Below, in pieces: positions 51,693 through 64,000 of a DNA stretch of 64,000 bases. The notes beneath the pieces were generated by a model that saw only the letters and a list, made by a program, of their open reading frames with translations, did no database searches and was not told where the DNA came from. Made by a program: the position numbers and the translations under genes. The stretch lies in contig CM120640.1 of NCBI GenBank assembly GCA_051362555.1, forward strand, positions 70,162,788-70,226,787. Direction: 5' to 3'. This stretch comes from Lingula anatina. Lineage: Eukaryota > Animalia > Brachiopoda. Position 1 is the stretch's first letter; every line of letters starts with the position of its first letter.

Positions 51693-54600
51693 TTATAAGC
51701 CAGTACAGTTCAGAGGTAGGGTGGTATTGATAATTGGCATGGGTGTGGTGTCATTTCTCAGCTGAGGTAGCTGATCCAATTTAAAGAAAGCCATTCCCCA
51801 CGTGTTGGCTGCAAAGGTCACAATGCCCAGACACATTATGTTCATACCTATGCCAGCTAATGCCTGGAACATCAAAAGTTAAATTTCAGTAATCAGTTGA
51901 TAAATATTATCATGATTTTCTTAGCCAAAGTTATAAATATCTAATGGCTACAACTTATTGAAGGTACTTTTTAAAGTAAAAAATCAGTAAGTGGTGCTTC
52001 AAGAATACAAACATATAAAATATATGCAACTCTTAATATAGGGCCAGATATCCCTTTATCTTAAGAAAAATATCCAGAGAATAAGAAATAAAGATCTTTT
52101 TTAACGTCCATGTGAAAAGACCAGTAATTCTTCTATTTGAACACTCTGGTATAGTGAATAGTAAGTCTTACCATGTCTTTACCTCATTGGGGAGGCGGGG
52201 GTTATAGTAGGGTGGCCACAGGTAACATGAAGGCAAAAGAAGTGGTCTTACCATGTCTTTCACCTGGAGATGCCCATAGGCAAACACAATGGCATTGGGG
52301 GGCGTGGCCACAGGTAACATGAAGGCAAAGGAGGTAGTCTTACCATGTCTTTCACCTGGAGATGCCCATAAGCAAACACAATGGCATTGGGGGGTGTGGC
52401 CACAGGTAACATGAAGGCAAAGGAGGTGGCCAGTGTGGCTGGGAAGATCAGGTAGAGGGGGTGAACTCCTATAGCAATGGCCTGGAATAATAACAAGAAT
52501 GAAAGGTCAAACCTATAAAACTTTATACACTGATATCCAAGATACTTATTACTGAATTCTAGCAATTATTTCTTATCTTAACTGCTCATGTATAGCACTA
52601 ATTAACCAAATGGCTTGTGCAGGTATTGGTAAAACGTGCAAATGTCTTCAACCTAAAATGTCCTTTTCTTCAAATATTTTCCAAACAACATGTTCGTATT
52701 AATTATACATTTCACCAAATTTAAAACAAAAGTTCTGAAAAAGTGTGTATCACCATATGCGTCACTGTTTTAACAGTTTGTTCTACAGTGTATAATTGCT
52801 TGAGGAAGTGTTTTAGTATCAACAGAGTAATGAGAGTAAAAAATGTTAATGGCCATGACAAGATAAGCACCATCAAATCTCAGTACCCATGTGTATGTAT
52901 GCTTACCAACTCTCCAATGATTGGAATAATAAGTGTTGCCGTGGCAACATTACTGGTGACCTCTGTTGCTGCAGCAACCACTGTGCAAATAATGAGCACC
53001 AGAAGTATGGGATGGATGCCTTTCAGCACAGTCAAAGCTTCTCCTATCAGTGAAGATAGACCTGCCACCTGTAATAAATGAAAGAACAGTGGAGGAAACA
53101 AAAACAATCATTACAAGTAACAATCAGGTGTCTTTATTAAACAAATAATCTTTATTTTCAAATTAAGATCAATTGCAAGGATATCTGATAAAAAGGTAGA
53201 ATTTTGGAAAGTATATTTTATCCAAAATTACCATCTTTGATCAAAATAAAATTATATGAACAATGTACCCTCTATTGTGGCCAAAAAGAGAGCTATTTCT
53301 ATAGATATTCTTAGATATTTCTCTGATTAATTCTGTGGAATTCTTGTACAGCAAAATCAGCTAGATATCATCAATCAGCTGGTCTCTGGAAGACAGTATG
53401 TATATGCACAATGTACCTTAGCAGCATCTGCCAGAGCAAAACCTCCACCTAGCAGAAGAACTACACTCCATGGCAACTTCTCATGTACTGCAGGCCATGT
53501 GAGTATAGGGGGCGCTGGTGCAGGGTCAGATAAGTCTTGAAAATAAAATGTCTCAAATTCATCAACGATACTGAATTACAAAGTATATACAATAAGTTAT
53601 TATGATGCAGGGACATTCCAAACATAACATTTTAATCACATATGGCTTAGTAATTAAATTACTAGCGGATATTGATCAAAACCATGATTCATTTGGCTAA
53701 GCTAGTGCTTTTATATGGTTTCATGCGGTCACTTAGGATTTCTCAAAAATAACCAACTAATTTCTGTCAGATATTCATATTAGGAGTTCTAAGCTTAAGA
53801 AACCAACTAGAAAAATTAATTTCCTGTACCCAATGTTGCAGGCAATACCCCCTCAGTGCTATAACTAAAACTGAATACTGCCACAGTTAAATAATGAAAG
53901 GTGGTAATGGGTAGGATGGCATTTTAACACAGGACTATTAGTGTAAAATCTACTGCCATTGATCAATTACAAAAATAGGATGTAAATAAAGATGTATGTG
54001 AGACTTTATATTTAATCCTAAAAACTGTACCATCTTGGGATTGACAGCAATAAAAGTTTGGCTTCCTACTGGGCATCATGAACAGTAAGACAGCAATAGC
54101 TATGGCAGGAGTGGAGTCAGATACATAACTGAAATAGATATATACAACATTGGTCAAAAAGGTTGTCCCACCCTAAATCCCATGTTTTTAAGTTTACAAA
54201 TGATTGCATATGACAGCTGTAAACCATTTTAAATGGGGATTTTTATTCAAAAACCGATATCTAACATGACCAAGTGTAGAAAAGAACACAATACTGGTGT
54301 AAATAAATATACCTTTTAACATTTATTAAGATTTATATCACATAACCCCTCAAATCTGACCTAATACAGATGCTGTACAGCAGCAAAAGAAATGCCCATA
54401 AAAATGAAAATATACCACCAAATACCACCAAATTTATACAGGAGTATCATCAGGATGTAATCTTTCAAAATTACATGACTAATAACATGTGTGCCCTCCA
54501 CGTGCTGTAATAATGTCTTGTAAATGGCGCAGCATGCTTTCAACAAGGGTCACAAGTGAGTTTTCTGGGATATTTCCCCATTCTTCCTGGAGGGCTTGCC

Positions 54601-56992
54601 AAAGTTGATCCAGATTAGTAGGTGGGTTGTCTCTCCTTAGCACCGCGCACCCTAATTGATCCCACAGATGTTCAATAGGGTTGGTGTCTGGACTTGAAGG
54701 CAGTTGCTCCATCATTTGAATATTGCTCCTCTGCACAAAATCCCTCACCAAACGACAATTGTGAGCAGGGGCATTGTCCTGTTGCAGTCTGAAATTCACC
54801 TCTGGCAAAGGGAATGAAATGATTCTCGAGAATGTCACGGTAAGTTGCCCCGTTCACGTTCTGTTCCAGAAGAACCAATCTGCTACGACCATGGGCATGG
54901 AATGCTCCCCAAACATGCACTGACCCTCCACCTCCAGCGACATTTTCCTGCACACACTCTGCCAACAGATGTTCCCCAACAAGTCTACGGACCCTCATTC
55001 GCCCATAGGTGGGGTACAGCACAAACCTTGATTCGTCAGCAAAGACAACATGGTTCTAATGATGGATGGTCAAGTTCCGATGCCTACATGCCCACCGTAG
55101 TCTTGCCCTGTCATGTCTAGGTCTTAGTGGCGGTTTCTTGGCCATACGCCTGGATCTGTATCCAAACTGCAGGAGTCTGCGATTCACGGTTTCCCAAGAA
55201 ATCCTCACCAAACGGCATGCCTGCAACTGCAAAGCAATGGTTCTGGCTGACAATTTCCTGTTTCTTCTTGCAGTGTTGAGCAGTGTATGGTCCAGGCGAG
55301 GGGTGGTGGCTCGTGGACGACCAGTGGATCTCCCAGGTTCAATATTTCCATGCAGGACATTTTTTTGTAGGACCCTAGTGACTGTTTTCCTACACACCCC
55401 AAGGCGTCTGGCAATTTCTCTCTGGGTAAGGCCTGCAGCTTCAAATGCAATCATCTGGTTACGGACCCCAATGCTTGTTGCATGTGGCATTGTCAGAGTT
55501 TCTTATAAAATAACTTCTTTTGTTGTCTGGGGTATGGAGAATGAGATACAAGACCAACCCAGGCTTTATAGGGTTGAAAAGTGACAAACATTCGGGTACC
55601 CATGTCGGTGTCTTGCCCGCTCAGGCAATTGCAATCTCTGGAGCAGTTTTCAAGGTGTCACCCTGTATTTCGGAGGGGTCAACCTACCCCATGAAATTGA
55701 TTTGGCATTTATGTTTACAGGTCATGTGCCAAAAATATGAAGAAAATGACGAAAAAATAGTGTGAAATTTAGGTGGGACAACCTTTTTCACCAATGTTAT
55801 ATACAGTTATTATAATGATGAAAAAAAAGACACTTTAATCAACAGGTCCATAAATCTCCATATCAACTGATCAATCAGAGTATTTCAACTTGCCATATAA
55901 AAAATATAAATGCCAGCCCATAGCCAGCAATTTCAAAAGGGGGGTTCTTTTTCTAAAAAACTGGACCTTTTCCCATAAAAACCTCATGTACCTAGATCAA
56001 ATTTTACCCAGAGTGGACCTTTTCCCAGCAAAAGGGGCAGTTCTTTCGAACCCCCCCGAACCCCCCCTGGCTACAGGCCATATTATGGTACATACATTCT
56101 TTGACATGAAAAGAACTTTATGACCAACCAATAAAATAGACACAGAAAAACCAAACTTAAGGATGGGATTTTAACATAGGACTTTAAATGAAAAACCAGG
56201 CCATAATAGGGACAAAGAACATATCTGAGAATTAAAAACATACTCTTCCAGGAACAAATCTCCCCATCCTTTCATGAACTCTGGCTGCCTCAGGAGCCAC
56301 AAGAGAGCCAAGAGGGAGAAGTGAACCAGAACCACCACTTCTGGAAACCTGGAGGGGGAAGACATATTTAAATTATTATTTTCTTTTGCCTTAAATCAAT
56401 GATGACTTTAAAATTTATGTAATTATGTTTTTTAAATCTGATGACGAAAGGCTGTAAATATTATCTAAAAAATCTTTTGTACATTATTGGAAAATGTTCC
56501 TGACAAAAAAAAAAAAAAAAATTAAGCTAGCTCTTGACATTCAGTAGCCAGGAAATAAATACAATCACACGAAATTTATTTCAAATAGATAAAGAACAGA
56601 AAGATTAAAAGGAAACATACGATATTGGTCCAAGTTTCGCATATTCCTGTCGGATGACACTTTTCACCCCTGCCCTATCTTCTAGACCTGCTGGCCTACA
56701 ATAACCATACCAGTTTTATGTACAACTTTCAATTGCTCAAATATATGTTAAAAGTATATGTATTTCAAAGACTTCTTCAAATATGCTTTTACTTATAGAA
56801 AGGGAAAATAAATTCCTTTCTATAAGAAACAAGTAAAAAAAACTCATAAGTATAATCAGGCCCGTAGCCAGCAATTTCAAAAGGGGGGTCCTTTTTCTGA
56901 AAAAGTGGACTTTGTTCAATATGAGCCTAGATCAAATTTTACTCAGAGTGGACCTAATCTCACCAAAAGGGGCAGTTCTTTCGAACCCTCCG

Positions 56993-57028
<36 letters not shown>

Positions 57029-60000
57029 CTACGGGCCTGATAATTGTAATGTAAAAAGCTGACAAAATTTCAGGTAACTTTTAGGTCATAGCTGAGAGTT
57101 CAGAATAAACTAGTAATGTCTTCTTCAATTAACAAATAATAATGAAATTGGTTGCCTTCAATAATTCAATGTATATCTAGAGCATCTTCATGATGGCATG
57201 AGGCTGTCCAGGTGAATAGCCTCTGCCAAGTGAAATAATTACTCCCCCCATTTACTTTATTGAAATATAAACAAATTCAATATTACCTGTTGATTTAAGA
57301 GAAAAAAAACAGGGGCGGATTTAGGCTGTCTTCTGGGTCCTCCAGAAGACGGTCAGATTTTCAAGTTTTCATTGACAGGTATCTAATTTTTTCTGTTGGA
57401 AGACAGTAAAAAATGCAGGATGGATCAACAAAGATAATTTGGAAGACTGTCATTAAATATCTCTGGATTCGCCCCTGAAAAATACTAATTTATTCCTATA
57501 ATATAAAACAGCTGATGAAATTCTTTTCTGACAGATAAAAGTCTACTTACTTGCAACACCCCAGGAACATAAGTTGTAGCCAACACCAGGCCAGTAGCAG
57601 ACCCAGCACTGAGGCAGGTAAACCAAACACTATCCAAGAGCTGAAGTTTACACCTGGAACACCTGGCTGTTCTTCATACCTTGTAAACAATCTGGTTAAG
57701 AAAACAACAAATTATCTGAATGTCCTTTGGCAAAGAGACAATTGAAAAATAGGAAAGCTGGGTTAATAAGAGCCGGTTCACGGATCAAATATGGCGGACT
57801 CTACATGAAAGAAGAGCCAACTAATCCCCTGATTGTCTCCACGCCTCCACATGCGCCATTAAATGGATATAATCACGGCTCCGAGGTTTTATTGTTAGAC
57901 CCCTGCAAGGACGGCGCATATCTCTATATATAATTTTGGTGCTATTTATCTATGTAATTTTTTCATATTATTTCCATTACTTCTTTTGAAAAAAAAACAG
58001 CTAGTGCTTGACTTTTATACATTGACAATTATATTAGGCATCGTTCACATGAAAAATCCAAATTCCAAAAATCCATTGGCGGTATCTAGTGATCACGGTC
58101 TGTGCCCTGAATACCCTGTGGCGTAATTAACTAGCAGCATGAGCGAGTTACTTCCAAAGCTGTAATTAAATCTTGGTTGCACTCGGAGGAGATTCTGACA
58201 CCTGGAGGCATGTGCAGTAATAAGCTGGAGAGAAAGAAAATGGCCGTCGCGGTTGCTTTGAAAAATGCGTTTGTCGATTTTGTGCAACAACAAGACAAAG
58301 AAGATGAGGTCCATATACACACGACAGATATGAGCGCAACCATCATGATCCAATGGCAAGCAGTGCGGCAACAGAGGATGAGATTTTATAGGATGTGAGC
58401 TAGGCGTCAGAATCTTCTCCTAGCACAGCTGAGAATTAATTACAGCTTTGGAAACTGTTACGTTAAATGACTCGCTCCCACTGCTAGTTAATTACGCCGT
58501 GGGTATTCAGGGCACAGACAGTGATCACTAGATACTACCAATGGATTTTCATGTGAACGATGCCTTAGTTAAAAGTCCTAGGCAAAATATTTTTAGACAT
58601 TATAATATGTGCAAATTAAGACAGCCCTGACAGATGAATAAACATTTTACTATGATGACAATCTTTGCCTGGGGTTGTCTGAATACTTACATGTCCACCT
58701 GTCCTTTCATGACTAGGTTAGGTCCTGTCCCAGTGAGTGTGGCAATACCCCCCATGGTGGCAGAGTAACACACACACAGACACAGACATTTACACAGCTT
58801 CTTGTATGCTGCCTCTACTTCAGGGTCCTGCTTTCTGTCCTCTGGACCATCAGCTGTGAATGCTCTCTCTTCTACCTCCCTATCCCTGTTGGTACATAGT
58901 AAAAGTTAATTCTCAGTATGCTTCATGTTAACATCATTTCACATAAATACTTCATAATGATTTTAGAGAGTGATAATACAAAAGCAGTAAGAGTGATAAT
59001 TATTGAGAGAAAGAGAGATAGACTGTATTGGTTGAGATAATAATAACACCATTGTTACCATTTTGGTCATTTGTCAACAAAAACAACAACAAGAAGATAA
59101 CAATTATGATTCAAAACTACATCCATTAATCCAGTATCTGTATATATATGGCATTTTAATGACAAAAAATCCAATGATTCAAAGATGCTCTTTCTTTTCA
59201 GTCTTTTCTTCTTCAACATCATCTTTATCCATGGCAGGGTTACTTATGCCACCATTTTCCTCTGCAATTTCTATTCTCCCATAGGAATGTTCTTTCAGTT
59301 GATCTAGAACTGCCTGTACAATGGGCACCATCATGGCAGTGGTGGCTGTGTTGCTGATCCACATGGACAAAAACCAGGTTGGAAGCATAAAACCCAACAT
59401 CAACCTAAAATAAACATTACAGAAATATAAAGTAAAGAACACAGCTGGTAATAAAATTCCTTATATATAACTTAAAATTTATGAATATTTGGTAAAAAAA
59501 TGGATGCATTGGAAATTGAGTGTACTTAATTACCATCTTGGTGAAGTTCCCACCATCATCAAGACTCGAAGAGCAATTCTTTTGTGGAGGTTCCACTTTT
59601 CAACTGCCACTGCAACTATAAGACCTCCAACAAATAACATGTTGGTGTCCTGCAAATAATATGATATTATTATCAGAATGATAAAGATAATGGTGCCCTA
59701 AAAAATGGTATGTATGCAACACGTACAATTATAACATAAATCATCGGAACTAAATAATATTTGTTTCATTAATGCTGGTTGTCATTCCAGCAGAATATCA
59801 GAAAAAAATCAGATAAGAATGTGAAGTAATACAGGAGACAGCATCCAACAGATAACTCAGAACATGGGGTACTTTGTAGAGATTGGAGCAAATTTCTTTC
59901 TTTCTTTCTTTCTTTCTTTCTTTTTTTTTTTTTTTTTTTGTTGCAAAACCTATTTCCTTCATGTACACATACCTTTAAATAATTTTTGCAGAGTGGCTCT

Positions 60001-60409
60001 GACTTCATCACACCTAGCAATGGCATCAGGACCACTGGGAGAAGAGCAGTGACAGCCAATGGGATCACTTCTGTCACCCAGTACACCGCCATTATCAGCA
60101 ACGCATATGCACAGTTGGCTTCACGCCATCGCTACATAAATAAGGATATAAATAAAAAAATAATAAAAAAGCAGGAAGAATGATCTTAAGTGACACAATA
60201 ATAGCGTCACAAATATAATTGACATTACATAATTGTAAAATCATATTGAGATGCAAGTTAAAACAGACATTCTCTTCCTAAATTATTCATACCTCTGGAT
60301 ATTGTACGGCTACCACAATAGGAAGTGGAAGGAGCACAACTGGAGTGAGGAACAGGAACAGAGAACTACGGAACCACCATAACTGCTTGAAAAAGTTTGG
60401 ACGAGTCAT
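51693..60409 (-). CDS. SLC13-family transporter, paralog 4 (recent duplicate of paralog 3)
   Basis: Start [30 protein letters not shown] at 60409. Exons are nearly identical to paralog 3 ([38 protein letters not shown]), and introns are visibly alignable but carry extra insertions. Confidence 0.92.
52165..52430 (-). repeat. Exon-end plus splice-donor tandem repeat (3 donors; distal unit degenerate)
   Basis: CTTACCATGTCTTT at ~52167, 52247 and 52339; same exon as the paralog 3 array. Confidence 0.88.
54145..55799 (-). mobile_element. Tc1-family (DD34E) DNA transposon, full length but inactivated
   Basis: TIRs CAACATTGGTCAAAAAGGTTGTCCCACC / GGTGGGACAACCTTTTTCACCAATGTTA with flanking TA. Transposase 55490->54479 has an HTH region, [14 protein letters not shown] and [13 protein letters not shown] with 34 residues between D and E. 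There is an in-frame stop at ~55056 and a frameshift near 54790-54810. Confidence 0.93.
55913..56080. mobile_element. MITE, same family as 56857-57039 (more diverged)
   Basis: Shares TAGCCAGCAATTTCAAAAGGGGG...CTAGATCAAATTTTAC...GGGGCAGTTCTTTCGAACCC...GGCTAC with the neighbouring copy; absent at the matching position in paralog 3. Confidence 0.75.
56857..57039. mobile_element. MITE with TIRs CAGGCCCGTAGCC / GGCTACGGGCCTG (hAT-like ends)
   Basis: Perfect 13-bp TIRs, ATAAT on both flanks, internal poly-C; absent from paralog 3. Confidence 0.8.
57310..57477. mobile_element. MITE with TIRs CAGGGGCGGAT / ATTCGCCCCTG (hAT-like ends)
   Basis: Terminal inverted repeats in an A-rich target; the TSD is ambiguous. 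Confidence 0.65.
58037..58564. mobile_element. PIF/Harbinger-like non-autonomous element
   Basis: Long imperfect TIRs (GGCATCGTTCACATGAAAA...CTAGTGATCAC...GTGCCCTGAATACCC / reverse complement) with a TTA target duplication (58034-58036, 58565-58567). Confidence 0.8.
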
Positions 60410-62790
60410 TCTGAAGTTTTCTGTGGATTCCAAAGAGGAAGAAGGAGCTGTCTATCTATTGTTTCTTCTCCTAGACAATTCTTGTCATGTCCTTGTTTAT
60501 CATTTATCCAGAAAAATCTGAGTGGAGCTAAATCAACAGTTCTTCAAATGCTGGTACAAATATTTATAGTCCAAGCATGCAGGTGATGAGTGAGACTGAA
60601 ATGAATGAAATCAATTTATAAGTTCTTTAACTTTGAGCATTTTCTGTTGTGCATTGCACAAAATTGTTTCTATTCAATTCTAATCCAAGTCGAAGGTGAG
60701 GTATCTCCACATAAGTAAGAACATGACTTTGCATTGATAATGGACAAGATCATCCGTGCAGGTAACATTCCAGAAATTCTCACATTCAAGTTAAACTGCA
60801 AAACAGTATAGCAACAACACAATATTAAACAACTAAACAATATTAATGTTGCTTCCTTTATCATGTATTCAACTGCAATATTAAGTTCTTTATCATCACA
60901 GCAGATAAAAAGCACTTTGACAAACTATGTGTACAAGGAGTGTAACTGATGGTATGCTGTAAAGTAATATACTGGTAACAGAGACAGTTGCACATGCACG
61001 CACTGTCTAACCTGGTACCATGCGGCACATCTTGAGGATAAACAAACTTTTATGGAATAAGATACCTACAGGTGGATGAACTAGACTACATTATCACTTG
61101 ATAAAACTGTAGGTTACCCCTACAAATACTGATAAACTCATTTTCTGACATTCACCATCATCTTTAAAATCAGCAAAAATGGCTAAATTTTAAACATTAC
61201 CATTAAATATATCAGGACATATATCTTTCCAAAAAATCTTGTTAAAGACACTTTTGGGATCATACTGACATATAGTCCCATCACCACACACTTACCTGTC
61301 ACCTGTGGAGATCACAGAGACCTCGTAATCATAACTGACTGCTCTGAAACACCTGTTGTCATTCTCATATTTGGAGACATGGCCATTTTAATAAAACATG
61401 AAATAATGTAATATCACCTTTTAATCCTAATACCCCAGTCACTTAGGTAGTAAGAAACCTCTGTCTGTCAGTTTGTTAGAAAATTTAGACCTACTAGTAC
61501 ATCTTTGTTGCTCAACTTTATTTTACATTAATGTTGAAAGAACAATTAACAGACGAATACCTGTCATACTTAGATAAAGTCCCTACATCCAGGGCCACCC
61601 CTTCAGTCAACATTTACAACTCCTCAAACTGCCCACTTTGACCATGGTCATGATTTGAGCAACCTGTCAGGATGCATAAAATGTCTCAAAAAACCTTTTG
61701 TGAAAAAGAGACATTTGGAAAAGTCTTTGGCAGCAATGATAATGGTAATTAACACAGCTCATATCAAATCTGGGGACTGAAATTGAGGAAACGGATTGCC
61801 AAAACTGCCAATTTTTAGGTAAGTTAAATTTTGTTCATTTTAAAATAATATTTAAATCATGTAACATTCAAATAAAGTGTATGTTTTACAAACCAGTATA
61901 CTTGACACTAAGTTCTCCCACTTTTGAGTAAATTACATGCCTGTTGTGTATGTTGTCTGAGTTTCTGGACTGATACATGCCATTCAAACTAAATCCAGAT
62001 TCATTCATATATTTAATGACAGGAGAAGAATTGCACATATTTCTTTATCATTAAGCAAATCTGCTGGCCATTTGCTTTGGCTTAAGAATTACCTACCTTA
62101 ACTAGTTACCTGTTTGGACTTCTTATCATCAAGGACTTTAAAGCTGCCCAGGAAGTAATGAAGTGCAAGGTCATGAAACTGTCTCAGTTGTACATGTACG
62201 TCATATTAAGACGGCACCTTACCTGTGGGTCATAGGTCAACTCCTGCTGTTGTTTATCTAACACTCCATTATCTTTACCTAAGACGGAACCTTTTTTCTG
62301 CACTAGCGACAATCTTCACAATGTTTACCCCTTAAACATTTCTCTAACCCTGCAAGACCTTGAAGCATCTACTTTGAAGTTTTTTGTCAGCACAATCAAT
62401 TTTGATAATTCTAATAAAAAGTAGCAAATTAATAAAACTAGATCAGATTGTTTTATTTCCAATGTCTTTAAGCAGTGCCTGAAAAGTATGGGTGCATGAA
62501 AGAGATTAGATATATGCATAGAGTCCATTGCCTTTTTCCCCTTTATTAGAATTTTTAATTTTATCAGGAAAAGTGCCAAATCAGAGCTATAACATGTCAA
62601 TACATGATTGCCATGAAGGCACTGCTTACTGAAACTCCAGGTCTCCAGTCTTTCACAGAACTCGATGCATACAAATGACAAAGCAAACCCCAGATATAGA
62701 ATTTGAATGTTTGTATTGGTCAATTTGTTAAATGTGAACCTTCATGATTAATTACTTTAAAACTAAGTCATTAATCTCTTTCACAAGATA
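60410..62790. repeat. Diverged duplicate of the paralog 3/4 intergenic region (49245-51060)
   Basis: Colinear shared blocks such as CCACATAAGTAAGAACATGACTTTGCATT, GACATTCACCATCATCTTTAA, TTACCTGTTTGGACTTCTTATCATCAAGGACTTTAAAGCTGCCCAGGAAGT and ATGACAAAGCAAACCC. Confidence 0.85.
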
Positions 62791-64000
62791 GCCACATAAT
62801 GCTCTTAAATGTGATGTTAACTAAAAATCTTATCTTATGGTACACTGCATGTACGGAGGGCAATTTTCTCTGGACATTTTGAAACTTTATTTTGTATACA
62901 ATTGTCTTTTCGCACAAAAAGTATATAAAGTGAGACAGATTAACCACACGAGAGATTCCACCATCAAGCATATAATTGAATTTACACATTTAATTTAGTT
63001 AAAAAGTTTGACAAAAATTTTATGATTGAATTTGTTCATCACGTTTCTAATCAATACCTGGAAATGCCGTAAGGACATTTTGTGCTGATCCTGAATGGGT
63101 AGTGGAGCCATCTTCTCCAAATTTAAAAAGACGTAAGTGCAAATGATTGTCTGGACTTTATATGATTAATTATACTGATCAAAACTAGTTAATACTCATG
63201 TCTAATTGATGATTCAACATTCTGAACAATTACTTAGGTTTTTTTTTAAAGAAGTTAAAAGAAAGCTAAAGATAAATGTAGATATGTTTTATTGAAGCCA
63301 TTAGATTTATATACATATAAAATGACCAAATGGAAAATACGAGACATGCAGTTGTATGATTTTATCAAAAAATATCCTTATTCAATAAACAATGGCACAG
63401 TTTATGTTAACAGAACTGAAGTAGATCATGGTATCACCTTTTCATTTGAACACTGTTTCATTTGAAAATGAAACGAAGAAATAACCTTGGTCTAGTCCAA
63501 ATTGTGCATGTTGACAAATTTGTTCTCATTTGTAATAAACAGGTGCTTCTAGCTGCCATTTATCCCAGAGAAAAAATTCAATTTGTCCCTATAATGTAAA
63601 ATTAAAAGTTCAAATTGCATTTAATGTTATGAAAATATTACCTCCCACACTGAATATTGCTCAATAAGAACTACAACAAATAATCATGTGCTACAAGCAT
63701 GTTGGGCTTTGCTGTTGAATTGCTGCCAAATCGAAAAATATAAAATGGTAGCATCTATTTTCATAAATGTTTGTAAATAAATGTAAATTCTTAAATATAT
63801 AATTAATGAAGTTGATATCTGATTCAGAATTTGATATTCCATTTTTTTTTCAGTTTTCTTCAAAATATTCTACCATCTATGAACTGCCCCCTCTTCTAAA
63901 TATAGTTATGAAAATAGTACTACTGTTTTACAAGTGAAGCATAAACACTGCATGCATTCAAAGAAAAATTATATGTGCATTAATGTTTTCATGCAATTAA

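Noticed and set aside
55066-55584. 172-aa plus-strand ORF
   Set aside because: Antisense to the Tc1 transposase.

Overview
This is AT-rich, intron-containing animal DNA, most consistent with a mollusc or other lophotrochozoan (inferred from the protamine-like H1 and the Helentron-type repeats). Left to right it holds: an apparently intronless DBF4-like gene running off the left edge (-); an orphan class A GPCR with a ~340-aa unexplained ectodomain and a 1-nt frameshift before TM6 (+); a solitary protamine-like/sperm H1 gene with a histone stem-loop (+); and an FBXO39-like F-box/LRR gene (+). Next come C22orf39 (-) and OGFOD2 (+), whose predicted start codons are only 62 bp apart; each carries an intronic copy of the same ~3-3.4 kb Helentron-like element, so the two copies form a large inverted repeat. 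Their ~146-bp satellite packs several consensus nuclear-receptor sites into about 30 bp. The rest is a tandem array of four SLC13 (Na+/carboxylate, Indy-like) transporter genes (-); three of them carry tandem amplifications of an exon end together with its 5' splice donor. Several MITEs, a fold-back element, a dead Tc1 and a LINE ORF1 remnant are also present. All gene models were read by eye, and family calls rest on remembered motifs, not database searches.
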